Assembly (NCBI GenBank): GCA_026936335.1
Contig: JAPMXV010000046.1
Span: forward strand, 372,001 to 436,000
DNA: 64,000 nt
Direction of reading: 5' to 3'
Source of the DNA: Mantamonas sphyraenae STR306
Lineage: Eukaryota; Protista; CRuMs
How positions within the stretch are numbered: the stretch's first letter is position 1; the number at the start of each line of letters is the position of its first letter. Position numbers and translations under genes: made by a program. The notes beneath the pieces are model-generated. The model saw only the letters and a program-made list of their open reading frames with translations. It did not search any database and was not told where the DNA came from. This document shows positions 12,597 through 25,312 of this stretch, one piece after another.

Positions 12597-14063
12597 ATGT
12601 CGGTGTACGACATGTGGCTGCGTGGCTTCAGCGAGGAGGACGCCACGGGCAATCGGCTCATCAACGCCGACGAGTTTTCGGCCCTCTTCTCCATGGACTT
12701 TGAGCAGCCGGACGTGGTGGACGACCAGTCCCAAGAGGATGGAGATGGGAACGGAGAGACCGGGGTTGATGGGCCTGGCGATGGCCCTGGTGAAGCGCAG
12801 GTCGAGGAAGAGGAGGGCAGCGGGAGGAAAAGCAAAGGGGTGGTTGCAACCAGCAGCAGCAGCAGCAGTGGTGGTGGTGGTGGTGCTGGTAGCAGCAGTG
12901 GAAGCAGCAGCAGTGCTGGTGCTGGTGCTGGTGGTGCAAGTGGCTACAGCAGCAGTGGTGGTGGTGGAACGAGTAGCAGCAGCAGCAGCGGGGCGGCGGT
13001 GGGAATGAGTGGCGGAGGGGAGGATGGAGGCGGAGGCGGAGCGTACTCCAGCGGAGGGAGCACAGGCGGAAACGATGAACCACACCCTCTGCAGTTGGCA
13101 TTGGAAGCCAACCGGGGCGAACTGATGGCCAAATTGGTGGAGCAGGACACATACGACCAGTATCGGCTGTTTGAGATGATGGAGGAGTACCTTGCCGATC
13201 CCCCGCGGCTACGATCGCAAACTGCCTTTGTGGTGGAACCCTATCAGGTGCTCGAACTCGTCCGTCGCTACTTTGACTTTGATGAGGCTGTGTTTCGTGC
13301 CCTGGTGGGCAAGAAGATCAATTCGCGGTTGCGGCGTGAGCTGGAAGATGTCAGTGAGGTGGCCCATGTGCCCATCCGCTCCTGCCAGCGCCAGTTTGAG
13401 AATCTGCGCGCACTGTACAAAGCCTTTGACGAGTTGGACGTGCCTGTGACCCCGTCGGTGGCCTTCCAGAGCATGTACCTTCTGCCCAAGAACCTCAGCC
13501 GACGCTACGAGACCATGGTCTTCATGTCCTACCATCGCTTTGAGGCCCACAAGAAGAAGCTCAGCACGTTGTCTTACACAGACTTTGAGGTGTGCTGCGA
13601 GCACATGCACTCGTACTGGAAGGACAGCACTCCCACCCTGGACCTCGACCGCAAGCTGACCCAGGAGCTGCGTGACCTCAAGGCACTCCTGCTGTCGTCA
13701 CGCGACTTTACAGACACGCTCAAGGACCAAGCCAAGCGCAAGTTTAGCTATTTCAAGGACTCGCGCATCCGCTTCCGGAACTTTGTCCGCACGCTGCTGG
13801 GGTTGGCCGCAGACCTCAGCTCCAGCAAGGAGTTCCGTGACTTTTTCCTGGACGTGGTGGAGAAGATTATTGAGCCACTGGCACGTGTGGGACTCAGCTC
13901 CATGGATGTGGAGGACCTGTTTACCTTTTTCCTCAACAGCTTCACCAGCACCAACGCCATGCCCAGCAGCGTCCACTCCTACATCGGCCCATGGACACGC
14001 TACATCGAAGGGCTGCGTGCTTGCGTCGTCCACCTCTACCCGCACCTTTCTGGCGGCATGTAG
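12597..14063 (+). CDS. FIBP: FGF1 intracellular binding protein with a Gly/Ser-rich insertion
   Basis: VYDMWLRGFS, DQYRLFEMMEEYLADP, RYFDFDEAVFRALVGKK, SCQRQFENLR, HRFEAHKKKL and LAADLSSSKEFRDFFLDVVEKIIEP match the FIBP family. Confidence 0.9.
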   Translation: MSVYDMWLRGFSEEDATGNRLINADEFSALFSMDFEQPDVVDDQSQEDGDGNGETGVDGPGDGPGEAQVEEEEGSGRKSKGVVATSSSSSSGGGGGAGSSSGSSSSAGAGAGGASGYSSSGGGGTSSSSSSGAAVGMSGGGEDGGGGGAYSSGGSTGGNDEPHPLQLALEANRGELMAKLVEQDTYDQYRLFEMMEEYLADPPRLRSQTAFVVEPYQVLELVRRYFDFDEAVFRALVGKKINSRLRRELEDVSEVAHVPIRSCQRQFENLRALYKAFDELDVPVTPSVAFQSMYLLPKNLSRRYETMVFMSYHRFEAHKKKLSTLSYTDFEVCCEHMHSYWKDSTPTLDLDRKLTQELRDLKALLLSSRDFTDTLKDQAKRKFSYFKDSRIRFRNFVRTLLGLAADLSSSKEFRDFFLDVVEKIIEPLARVGLSSMDVEDLFTFFLNSFTSTNAMPSSVHSYIGPWTRYIEGLRACVVHLYPHLSGGM

Positions 14064-14201
14064 CGCCAGGCCGCGTCATTGAGGCGACAATATACGTTTG
14101 ATTTTTGATTCAGAGGAAAATGTGATTGAGCGACATGGTGGGTAGATTTGCATATGAATCAAAATTTACAGGACAACAACGCGCATCGCACCCATTCACC
14201 A

Positions 14202-17136
14202 TCATCCATCCAGTCCATCGTTCAGCAACAGAGCCAGCGCCTCGGCGGCATTGAGTTCAAACACACCTCTGCTCTCCAGGAGCTGCTTGACGTCGTCCGA
14301 GTCGTTGTGGGCCTGGCCAAGGAGCTCGGCGAGAAAGTCGCGTGTGTCCTGGGAGAGAGCGAGCAGGGTGCAGGCGTCGCTGGTCTTTGCAAAGTACCTC
14401 TCTGGCGTGGCAGTAAAGGCAGAAAACACATTCCAGACGCTGCGCATGTCCAGGTGCAGGCGGGCGGCGCCATGGTCCGGATTGACAATGCGCGGAGTGC
14501 ACACACGCGTCAACAGGTACTCGTCCAAGGCCAGGCAGATGTCCTTCCACACCGCAAACTGCATGTCCTGATGCAAATGGTTGCGCATGACGTCGAGGTT
14601 GCGACGCAGCTGGAAGATGGGTTCAACGAGTTCGTGAGAGACCTGGGTGGGAGGCTGTGGTTCGGCGCTGGCCTTGTCGCTGTCGTCGTCGTCGTCGTCG
14701 TCGTCTTGGCTGTCTTCATCGCCCGTGGACGATGAGCCATGCAGCGGGGAGAGAGCGTACAGCGCCTTGTTGGCCTCGTAGGGTGCGCAGACGAGGACAA
14801 AGTGATCGACGAGGGCGTCGACGATGTGTGCAGCCAGAGCATCGATGGTCTGTTCACAATCCCAGCAATAGTCGTCAAAGAGGGTGCCATCGAGTTCATG
14901 GAGGGGTGTGGAGGCAGAGGCCTGGCCACGTGCTTGCAGTGCTGTTCTGTACATGTTGAGGTAGAGTGGCTGTTCGCCCCACTCCTTGAGCACATAGTCC
15001 ACATAGTAGAGACTGTTGACCAGGCGTGCGTGCAACTGGAGGGCAGCAGGATCCTTTGCGAGCACCGGGGTGTCATCGTCGGCCTGTTGGAGCATGACCC
15101 CATCCGCACGGGTCTGGATGCGTTCCAAAAAGTCTGCCAGAAGGGGCTGTTGCACCACACGGAAGAACTGGAGCTGGTAGGGCACAGGGAGGGCATACTG
15201 GTAGCGTTGACTGACGGCCAGGAAGAGAGAGACACATTGGTAGGCGCAGCCGGTGGCACGAAAGTGATCCAAACTGTCCAAGCCTGCATACTTGAGTTGG
15301 AAGGCCTCTTTGTCAGCAAAGGCCATGGCGAGTTGGTCGTGGACAAAGGCATGTTCCACATGAAGCCATGCCGACCACGCCACCACTGGCGACATCCAGA
15401 AAGGCACCCACCGGGTTGTGGAGGCCATACAGGGCGTCGTGGTCGTACACGTCGTAGTCATGGTCCTCACGCAGGGCACGTGCAAACGAGTGGCATTCGT
15501 TGAGCAGGTGGCAGAATCGTTCAGGATGGACGGGTGCTTTGTCCTGCAGATTGTCCACGGGGGGCAAGGAGGCAACCACACCTCCTCCTGGTGAGGAGGG
15601 TGACATGTCTTTGGATCGTGTGGGGATGGGGGAGGACGAGGATGATGAGTTGATGCTGCTGGTGGTGGTGGTGCTGGTGGTGGTGTCACGGTTGGGAGTG
15701 GATGCAGAGGCAGAGGGCTGTTGCTTGGGTTTGGCATTGTCGACAGAGGTGTGACTGCGTCGTTGGCCCGTGACAAAGAGAGACACAAGGTCGAGCATCT
15801 TGCGTGAGTTGAGCATGTGGACCATGGCCTTTGTAAACTCGTGTGTGGCATCGAGGAGAGAAGCGACACCGAGTTCGACGAGGGCAGGCTGCACGAGGGT
15901 GGTGAGGAAGGGCTTGTGCTTGTCCAACTGTTGAATGAGCCAGCTGAACATCCATTGGGGCTTGTCGAGGTCGTTGGTGGAGCGAGTGGTGCAAAAGTGG
16001 AAGTAGAAGGCGGTGTGGAGGTCCGCCATGAGCACAGGGGTCACATCCAAACTGTGCAACTGGTTGACAGAGTGGACAGCACTCAATTGCAGACAGGTGA
16101 TCTGTTGGATGGCACTGGTGCACAGACGCACATCCCAAGCGGGCAGGGTGTTCACCTGGATGGCTTCGTGGGGCCACCCATGTTGCTGCAACCACCATGC
16201 AAGGCTCCCGCGACTTGTCTGGGCCAGACTGCGATACAGAGTGGTGCACGACGCATGGACCACCTCCACCAACCCAGCATAGGTGTGTGCATACTCCTGG
16301 GGATCCAACACCGGCACCACCACACGCATCATGTCCTCCTCCCCCTCACCACCACCACCACCATGGCTCTGTACGTCAAAGGTACCCCCAAAGGATCGGA
16401 ATAGTTCCAACAGTTCCAGCAGCAGTGCCAGTGCCTTGTCAAACGCACTCAAAGATCCACTCATCACCCGGGCCATTTCTCCCGGTGCTGCTGCACTATC
16501 ACTGTCGGTGCCACCACCAACACCCCCTCCCACTGATCCAGTCAATCCCCCCACCATCCCCACCCCTTCTCCTCCTCCTCCTCCTCCTCTGCTGCTGCTG
16601 TTGCTGGCTGTGTCCTCTGCTGCGTCTGTGTTTCCACTCCAGCTGCTGCCACGTTGCCGCGTGTGCGCCTTCTTTGCTTTGCGTCGTCCTGCCTCTTCCT
16701 TCATACGTTCCATGGCCTCTGCACATGCCTCCATCTCCTCCTTGGCCTCTCGTGTTGCCTGTCGTACGTGTTCCATCATGCTCAGGTAGTCTCTGGCTGT
16801 GTCCAGCACATCGATGTTCCTCAGCCTCGTCTCCAACTCGGTCAACACTGCCTTTTGTGCCTCCCTGTCCCTCTGTGCCTTGTCTGCCTCCACCTCCACC
16901 TCTTCACACTGTTTCTCTGCTTCCTGCAATCGTGCCACACTGCGTTTCGTTGCCTCAATGGCCTCCTGCAGCGCCTGTGGCTTGCGTGCTTTGATCTCGG
17001 CCAACCTCACTTCGTCTGCCTCCACCTCTGCCTCCACTCTCTCTGCCATCATTCCGGCCATATCCAAATCCACTGCCCCATGACGAATGAGCACCTCATC
17101 CAACCATCCGTCGTCCAGCAGACTCTCACTGTCCAT
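14202..17136 (-). CDS. RINT1: RINT1/TIP20 family ER tethering subunit; frameshift near 15395
   Basis: FYFHFCTTRSTNDLDKPQWMF, FCHLLNECHSF, WLHVEHAF, RYQYALPVPYQLQF, LVNSLYYVDYVLKEWGEQPLY and GAARLHLDM, after an N-terminal coiled coil. Confidence 0.88.
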
Positions 17137-17294
17137 GGACGATGTTGTGTTTGAGTTGGGTGGGTTTGTTGCCCTGCTTGCGCCACCCTTGCCACACACA
17201 GTGACACATTGGGTGCACCCTCCCCCTGCCCCACCCCCCCTTCCCACCCTTCCACCCTACACACACACCCCAACCCCCTCCACAGTCCTCCGAC

Positions 17295-19878
17295 ATGCGT
17301 GGTAGTACTGCTGAGGAGTTGCAAACACTGTCGGACCACCAGGCGTCCCCCAGCAACGACAAGTCCAGGAGAGGCAGCCAAGACAAGCATGCTCATGCCG
17401 ATGCACACTCCAACCACACCCCGTCCTCCGACCATGACTCTTCCTCTTCCTGCTGTAGCCCTCTCGGCTGCCTGAAAAGCCTCGGCGTGGCCATCGACAT
17501 TGTCACCCGATTGGGCATCACAGGCCGCGGCAAACGAGCTGCCCAAGAAAAGGGCAACGAGGTACGTGTAAACATCCAACCCAATCCCCTGCCCGCCCGT
17601 GTTCTCTCTCTCCACACACATTGGATTCTGTCCTTCATCATCATTCCTACCTTTGCTGTTTTTTGGGCCGCTGGCTCCTGGACGCAATCCGTCCGGCTGC
17701 CGTCCGTTGCTGCGACACCCAACCGTCGCCGCCTGTGGCGTCCTGTGTGGTGTACATGTCCACTTCCATATGGCCCGAGTGTTGCATGTGGTTGTGGCTA
17801 TCCTGTAGGACCCATTTCCAGTGTGTGTGATGTGCTGACACGTGATTTGGGCAACTTGCGGCGGGCATTTCGCGTTCCCATCTCCCATTTTTCTTTCTCC
17901 CGGCCCGTCCAAAAAACACTTCGCCGGCCTGCCTTGCCCAATCCAGGACCTTTCCGTGGCTGAAGACTGGCGCAACAGCCTGCGGATTGTGCTTGTACCC
18001 ACCACACTGTTGGTTCTGTTTGCTCTGGTGCCCTTGAGTGAGGATGTGAACAGTGGAGTCAATCCGCAAGCCAAGCAGTCGTTCCTGCTCTTTGTGTTTG
18101 CCTTCCACTTCATCTACCACCTGGTGGCCTGCTGGTTTGGGTTCAACCTGTTTGGTCTCTTCCTTCCCACCCCATCGCGACGCAGCTGCATCCTCTACTC
18201 CCTGCTTGCCAGTGCCCTCGGGGCTGGCTTTGACCTCGTGGCACGTGAGCTCACCCGTTCCGAGCCGCTGGTCTTCCGCTGGCTGGTGCCCTTTAGTGTG
18301 GCACCTGCCACCCTGGTCATCTTTGGTGTCATGTTCCGGCAGACCCGTCGCATGCAGGACTACCTGCAGCTGGTGCTTCAGAAGCTTCGCACAACCAACA
18401 AGGTCATGGCCAGGTACAGCTCGGCAGCCTCTGAACGGGCCAGTGTGTTGCGAGAAGCAGAGGCGGGTCAATCGTCGTCGTCGTCGTCGGCGTCGTCCAG
18501 TGGCATGGGTAGCACGTATGACCACTCTGTGGTGGAGTTGACCTTTGAAGGGGCCAATGGGTCGCAGGTGACCATCAAGGTGGACACCCTGCAACTGTTG
18601 GAAGCACCCAAGTCCATGTACTGGCAACTGGTCACCTTTGCCGCCGCCATCCTGGTCACCTATGTGTTCTGCATCCTGTACTCCTTTTGGTTCCTTCGCC
18701 AAACCGACACCGAGTCACGCATCCTGGTCAGCACCCTCTTCTCCTTTGCCGTGGCTCCCTTCCAGGCTGTGCTCACCTTTCTGGGCAACCGACTGGACAG
18801 CACACGCGGCGAGGTGCGCAACTTTCTGGCACAGACGTCGCGGGTCAAGGGGGTTCGCAAGGGCACGTCGGGCGCACGGGAGCTGTTGGACGACGCAGGC
18901 AAGAGCACTGCGTTGGAAGACACCACTCTGGTGACGGGTGAGTATGCACGTGGCGTCACCATGAAGTTTCTGGGTGTCTGGGTGGGTCGACTCTTCCAAT
19001 CCCTGTACTTTCGCAACCTGTTTCTGGGTCTCAAGGACTACCAGAGTTTCCTGACCCTGGTGGCCTTTGAGGTGGCCATGACCCTGCTTCTCTTCTGGCT
19101 CCGTCTCTTTCGTTGGTTCTACCGCTATCTGGAGATGCCTGTGCGTGACTGTCTCACCGGATGTGCCTCCTGGTTGCAGGACACCACCTGTTGCTCCTGT
19201 TTGGGCATTTGCACACGTTCACTGACCCACGAGGATAGCCAGGGTGGCCTCAAGACACAAAGGGAACGCCAGTTGGATGCCCTGGACCAGGCCAACCAGA
19301 AAACTCTCAACGACAATCGTCTCAGTGTGGCCATTGGCGTGTCACGCAAAGGAGGAGGCCAATCATCATCGTCATCATCATCATCATCATCCCCACCGTC
19401 ATCATCATCATCGTCGGGAGTGACCATGGCTGTGGGCGCAGGTGGATCGTTGACCGCACCCACAGTGGAACTCACGAAAGAGGAGCAGTTTGAAGAGCGG
19501 TTGCTGGCTCACAGAACCATGCTGGTCAGCAAGTATTACTGGTATGCCATGGCCCAACGCTTCAGCACCATTTCCTTCCTTATTCTGGCGCTGCTGCTTC
19601 GCAACTCGTGGAACGTGTTTGCCTTTTCCTTCCGCCAGTCTTCCATGAGCGACGCCTCGTATGCCCTCATTCTGGAATTTGCTGGCATTTCGCTGGCGGT
19701 GGAGTGGGTGTTGGCCTCTGTGCTGTGGTACTGGGACAAGGAGAAGTATGGTCTGGACATGATCTACCTGGGGGCTGCCCCGTTGCGTGAAACCCGCTTC
19801 TACCTGTGCACCCTCCTGGCTGGCATCCACATTTCCCAGGACGTCCTCCTGGCCACCAATTCGTTTATCTTTGCATAG
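17295..19878 (+). CDS. Unrecognised multi-pass membrane protein (paralogue of 37027..39171); intron 17562..17946
   Basis: GAG|GTACGT..ATCCAG|GAC joins in frame. About 12-14 hydrophobic segments; motifs shared with the paralogue. Confidence 0.75.
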
Positions 19879-19938
19879 AAGAAGAGCTTGGGGCAAGAGC
19901 AACATGGGAATAATGCGTTGAATGTCCATTCCATCCCA

Positions 19939-20416
19939 TCAAAAGTAATCCACCCCTTCGATATCGTCAAACTCGCCATCACTGAACGAATCCACTTCAT
20001 AGTCGTCTTCGTCATCCACCTCGTCTGCTCCGCTGTCAAAGAACGACGAGGTGTACGTCTTTGCACCTGGGCTGGGGCTGCCTCCTGCATTGCCAGCTGA
20101 GGGCGAGGCTGCTGGGCTGCTGTGGTTCGATCCCGTGCCAAAGCCGCCCCTGCCCTGCTTGCTTGAGTTGGGTGATGATGTCGTGGATGAAGTTGATGAC
20201 GATGGTGATCCAAGGGTGGTGTCCTTGGGCGACGAGGCTGTTGTTGTTGTTGCTGCTGCTGCTGCTCCTCCTGCTCCTGTGCCCGTGCCCAGAGTCTTTT
20301 TGCTCCCCAGAGGCGCAAGGGTGCCTCGCTTCTGCAGTGGTGCCAGCTTGCCTGCGCCTCCAGCCCCCTTGCTGGTCTTGCCCAGACCCGGCAGGTCATC
20401 CAACGACGCCAGTGGG

Positions 20417-20458
<42 letters not shown>

Positions 20459-21710
20459 GTGTCCGTGTGGTGGTTGCCAGCAGGCGAGTGTTGGTTTGCG
20501 TTGTCTGCCGGTGTGGCTGCCACGCCTGCAAAAGCATCGGCATCCTCCTCATCCTCATCACTACCTGAGCTGTACCAGTGCCAGTGCCAGTGCCAGTGCC
20601 AGCAAAGGCGTCTGCATCGTCGCTCAGGTCTTCATAGTCGTCCGAAAAGTAATCGTCCTCCTCCTCCGGCACCTCTGCGTCTGCTTCGTTCGCCATGCTG
20701 TCGTATGTGTACGATGGTGACCGAGGACTGCCTGATGCCTTGGGTGATGCCGTAAGCGTGTTGTGTGTCGATGCAGGCGGTGTGCTGCTGCCCGTGTTGA
20801 TTGCCTGCGGGGCCTTGCTGTGTTTCGGCGACGACACTGCGTTTGCTTTCGTGCCTGTGGCTGGAGAGGACGACGTCACCACCCCATTGGATGAGGCCAT
20901 GGTAGTGGATCCGTTGTTGTTGCCATCGTTGCTGCTGCTGGGGGCGGCGGCAGAGGCGGAAGAAGAGGCTGCAGCTGCGGCTGCGGCGGTGCGGTTCTGC
21001 ACATTGTCCAGCGTTTGGGAAACCAGATCGACCACGGCAGGCCTGTTTTCCATGTGTGGGTTCAATCGCAGTTTGGATCGCAGACTGCTGCGTTCTACAG
21101 CCTGTTCCTTGATGCCTGCCTCGGCCAGCAGCACAGACATGGTGTAGTCCAGCTGGTGGTGTTGCAAAAAGTCCATGATCAGCTCCAGCCCGAGTGCCTC
21201 TGTGGAAAGCGAGCCCGTCCCACAACGCCACGGCCATGCATGACACAATATGGCAGACGAGGCACACACACAAGGACATGGTCCGTCCCATGGACGAGTC
21301 AGTATGCTTGTGCGACACACACACAGGGCAGAAACACGGCCGAAAACCCCGAGCGAGCCCGCGGCCGGCGGGTTTTTGGCGCGCAGGCGACGAGCAACTC
21401 ACCCGCTTGGCTTTTCTGCAGGCTCAGCTTGCTTTCCAGGTGCACCCCAGACTGCTTCTCCTGCTCATCGATGGCTGTAAACACAGAGGCACGGAGTTGC
21501 GCCTGTGGAGTGTCGGTGTGACCGTGCACACGAGGGTGAGTGGGAGACATGGCGATTTGGGCGCGCGCAGCCCAGGGGGGGGTGAAAAAGCAGGGCAGAG
21601 AGACAACGAGGGAAACATACACGAATCTTGCCCAGGACCCCCTTTGCCTCAAGAGTGCGTGCCACCATGGCCTTCATCTCTTGCACCTGTCGTGGTTCGT
21701 ATTCGTCCAT
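19939..21710 (-). CDS. FGFR1OP: FGFR1 oncogene partner / CEP43-like LisH centrosomal protein; exons 21710..21621, 21502..21403, 21199..19939; frameshift near 20575
   Basis: Spliced MKAMVARTLEAKGVLGKIR|AQLRASVFTAIDEQE..ALGLELIMDFLQHHQLDYTMSVLLAE is the FOP dimerisation/LisH domain. Acidic tail ends in GVDYF. Confidence 0.85.
20416..20457. repeat. (GTT)n microsatellite encoding poly-Asn in FOP
   Basis: Read directly. Confidence 0.95.
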
Positions 21711-21808
21711 GAGTGATGTTTGTTCTGCGCCCGCGGGTGCTCGCACAACGAAAACGACCCAAGGCCTGCATTGCACAGTGCGTGTGAAGAAAGCACGGAG
21801 CAGGCACG
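21711..21808. promoter_or_regulatory. Putative bidirectional promoter shared by the FOP and lebercilin-like genes (98 nt)
   Basis: Inferred from divergent ATGs at 21710(-) and 21809(+). Confidence 0.55.
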
Positions 21809-23745
21809 ATGGACTTCCTGAGTGACACAAGCAGCAGTGATTACGACGACGAAGACTTTGAGGATTTGGATGTGGAGGTGGGCCAGGCGACGGAGCAAAA
21901 GCCGTTACGGATGTCGCTGGAATCGCGGGAGAGCAGCGACAAGGCACAGGAGGGGGCCACAAGCGCACAGAGTGTCGGGGAGGAGGAGGAACACAGTGCA
22001 GGGGACAAGCAGGGGGATTTGTCAGATGTGGAATCGACGTCATCGTCAAAGCAGGCGAGCGGAAGCCGAAAGGCACGGGTGCCGAAACGGACGAGCAGTC
22101 GGATGAGCAGGATGAGCAGGATGAGCAGGAGCAGCAAGTCAAGCAGCAAACGACGCGGGTGGGACAGAGGGGCAGCACACAACAACAACCCAGCATTGTT
22201 TGAGAGTCTGATGGAGGCACAGAACAAGCTGGGGGAGGCCAAGGCAAAGCTGAAGGAGTACCGGACGGAGAACAAGACCCTGCGACGGGAGGTGGCACGG
22301 ATGGAACACTATGTTCGGGATGCGGAAAAGGCCAATGATTCGATGCCCACCACACTGTTTCAATTGAATGCAGAGCTGCAAACAGCCAAGAAGCAGCTGA
22401 AGGAAGCCAAGAGTCAGCTGGCCACGGAACGCAAGAGCTCTGTGCACAACCAGAGCAAAGCGACATCATTATTGGAAGCAAACAGGAAGCTGAAGGAACA
22501 GGTGAGGGTGCTGGAGAAGCAAAGGGACAGCGGAGCCAAGCAGAGCAAGCGGGAGGCGGAGTTGAAGGCACGGAATGGAGAGTTGGTGTACGAGGTGGAA
22601 CGGCTGCAACGACTGCTGGAGGTCAACGAACGCAGACACACCCGGGAATTGCAGGAGGCATTGGCAGAGCATAAGAAGGAGGTGAATAGGATGGCCAAGG
22701 AGGCGGCGGCGGAACATCTGAGGTTGAAGCAGGCGGCAGAGGCGGTGGAGGCCACAGCTGAGGCTCAGCGGAAGGCAGAGGCACGTGTGAGGGCAGCAGC
22801 AGCCAAACAGAGGAAGGAAGAGGAGGAGAACAGGGAAAAGGTGGAGAGCATTGGGGTGGAGAGGGGAAGGCGAAGGACAGAAGGGGGTGGGGGAGCAACT
22901 GCTGCAACGGCTGCTACGACGACGACGACGACGGAGAAAGTGAATGAGAGGAAAGATGAGGATGGTGGGCAGGAGGAGGAGGAGGAGGAGGAGGCAGCAG
23001 CAGCAGCACGAAAGAGAAAGGAAGAGGCATTGGCACAGCGCAAGGCTGAGAAGGAGAAGCGAAAGGCGGAAAAGAGGAAGCGAAAGGCAGAGGAAGCAGA
23101 GAGGAAGAGGAAAGCCGAAGAGGCAGAAAGGCAGGCAAAGGCAGAGGCAGAGGCGGAGGCGGAGGCAGCAGTAGCAGCAGCAGCAGCAAAGGCACAGGCT
23201 GAAGAAGAGGAAAGGAGGCGGAAGAAGCAGAAAGAGGAGGAGGAGGAGAAGGAGCGAGAGGAGGCCCGACGATTGGAAGCAGAAGCAGCAGCAGCAGCAG
23301 CAGCAGCAAAGGTGGCAGCAGAAGAAGCAGCAAAGGCAGAGGCAGCAGCAAAGGCAGCAGCAAAGGCAAAGAAGGCATTGGAGGCATTGGAAGACAGCGA
23401 CAGCGACAGCGACAATGATGACATTTTTGCAAAGTACAAGCCGCAGACGCAGGAGAATGGGTCGGGGACAGGACAGGTGGTGGCACGGGAAAAGAGTTCC
23501 AGTGGACCCGAGGTGGTGGACAGTGACAGCGACGACGAGGATATCTTTGCACATCTGCAGCCACAGGTCAAGGGTGCGGAGGGGGAGCAGGAGAAGAAGG
23601 TGGTTATGGAAGCGAGGGTGCCAGGTGGGGAAGGGGCATCGGCAGGGGCAACAGGTGCGCCTCCAGTCACAATGGATCACACGGGTGGTGTGGACAGTGA
23701 CAGTGACGACGACATCTTTGCCAACTACAAGCCGAAAGCAGAGGC

Positions 23746-23786
<41 letters not shown>

Positions 23787-24505
23787 TAGGGACAAGTGGA
23801 TCTGCGGTGTCCATGAGCAGGAGGACAGGCACGGGAGGACAGAGGGTGGAGCAAGACCCGTCGACACAGAGGCAACCGACGCAATGGTCAAGTGGTGGAG
23901 CGGGAGCATCTGCAGTGGTGGACAGTGACGACGACGACGACATCTTTGCAAACTACAAACCCAAGCCAACACAGGCACAGGCTGGGGCACAGGCCACCAA
24001 CGTTGTACAGGGTGGCCCTGTGGCACAGCCGTCCAATGTAGGCGGACGCGGACGTGGGTCACGTCACGCTGGAGGGAGTGAAGGTGGACTCGCACGGAGG
24101 GAACCTGCGTTTGGATTTGGCGACGACTCGGATGATGACATTGACGACATCTTTGCGCAGTTTAAGCCAAAGGCAAGTGCAGGCGAACCTGTGTTGAAGG
24201 CACCGACAACAGGTGGGGTCGTGGGGGAGGCTCGCAAGCCGGTGGGGATGCCCTTGGGTTTGTCCATGTCCTCGTCCACGGCGACGTCGATGTCGCAGAG
24301 TGACCCGAGTGTGGTTGGAGGGATGGGGAGCATAGGAGGAGGAAGTGGTGGTGGTGGTGGTGTACAGGCATCATCATCACGACACCAGGGTGGGAATGGT
24401 GGTGGCGTTGGTGCTGGCAGACGCGCAGGCAGGGCTCAGCCGGTGTCTTCGTTGCCACGGTATGCGGACAGCGACAGTGATGACAATTTTGATTGGCTTT
24501 CGTGA
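21809..24505 (+). CDS. Lebercilin-domain coiled-coil protein with repeated acidic DSDDDIFAxxKP motifs
   Basis: NKLGEAKAKLKEYRTENKTLRREVARMEHYVRDAEKANDSMPTTLFQLNAEL resembles the lebercilin (LCA5) domain. Long E/K/A/R coiled coil; intronless 898-aa ORF. Confidence 0.65.
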
Positions 24506-24546
24506 GAGTGAGTGAGTGAGTGAGTGAATGCGTGGATGGGACCAAC

Positions 24547-25213
24547 ATGAACTTCCGAAAGCTTCCACTTCCTTTCTTGGTCCTCCTGGCTCTTGTGCTC
24601 GTAGGCGTGCATGCCAAACGCGCATGCCACCAAGACTCCCGCTACACACACCCCATCAAGGTAGGGACAGAGAGGAAAGCGGGTGTGGGTGGGGAAGGGT
24701 GGGTGGAACGAGGGCGGTGGTGGAGAGGCCCGGCCAACTGACGTCAGCTTCCGTCGCTTGAAGCCGCACGAAACACTGCCATACTGCGAGAAATACAGCA
24801 ACAGCTCGTGCTGTGACAGTGCACAGGTAAGGAAGATCATGACGACGGTGCAAAAGTTTGTGAGCCCGCAGTGTCCGACGTGCTACGCGTACTTTAAGGA
24901 GTTGCGGTGTGCGGAGTGTTCGCCGCACTCGGGCGAGTTCTATGTGGGACGCCATAGCTCTGTGCGACTGTGTTACGACTGGTGCCTGGAATTCTACAAC
25001 GCATGCAAGGACATCCCACTGCAGGACAACTCTCCACACGTGTTCTACATCAACTCGGAGGGCGAAACGGCAGAGGCACACTGTTTGGAACACTCTGCCC
25101 CGGAACCCAACTGCTTCCGCGGTGAAAGCTTCTCTGGTGTCGACCACAGCTGTGTGTGTCCAGCTCACAACTGCCACGAGACAGCCATGGGCAGTGCGCA
25201 TGTGGAGTTGTGA
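24547..25213 (+). CDS. Secreted/ER folate-receptor-family (FOLR/NPC1-NTD/HHIP-N-like) cysteine-rich protein; intron 24661..24763
   Basis: Signal peptide MNFRKLPLPFLVLLALVLVGVHA. Cys pattern CEKYSNSSCC..CYAYFKELRCAECSPH..LCYDWCLEFYNACKD. C-terminus HVEL. Confidence 0.8.
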
Positions 25214-25312
25214 ACGGGGAAAATGAGTGTACTAGGGGGAGGGGGGTGATCGAAGATGAGGTCGCAAGGTGTTTGTTCGGTGCCACAGTGCATCCCACTC
25301 CACCACACACAC

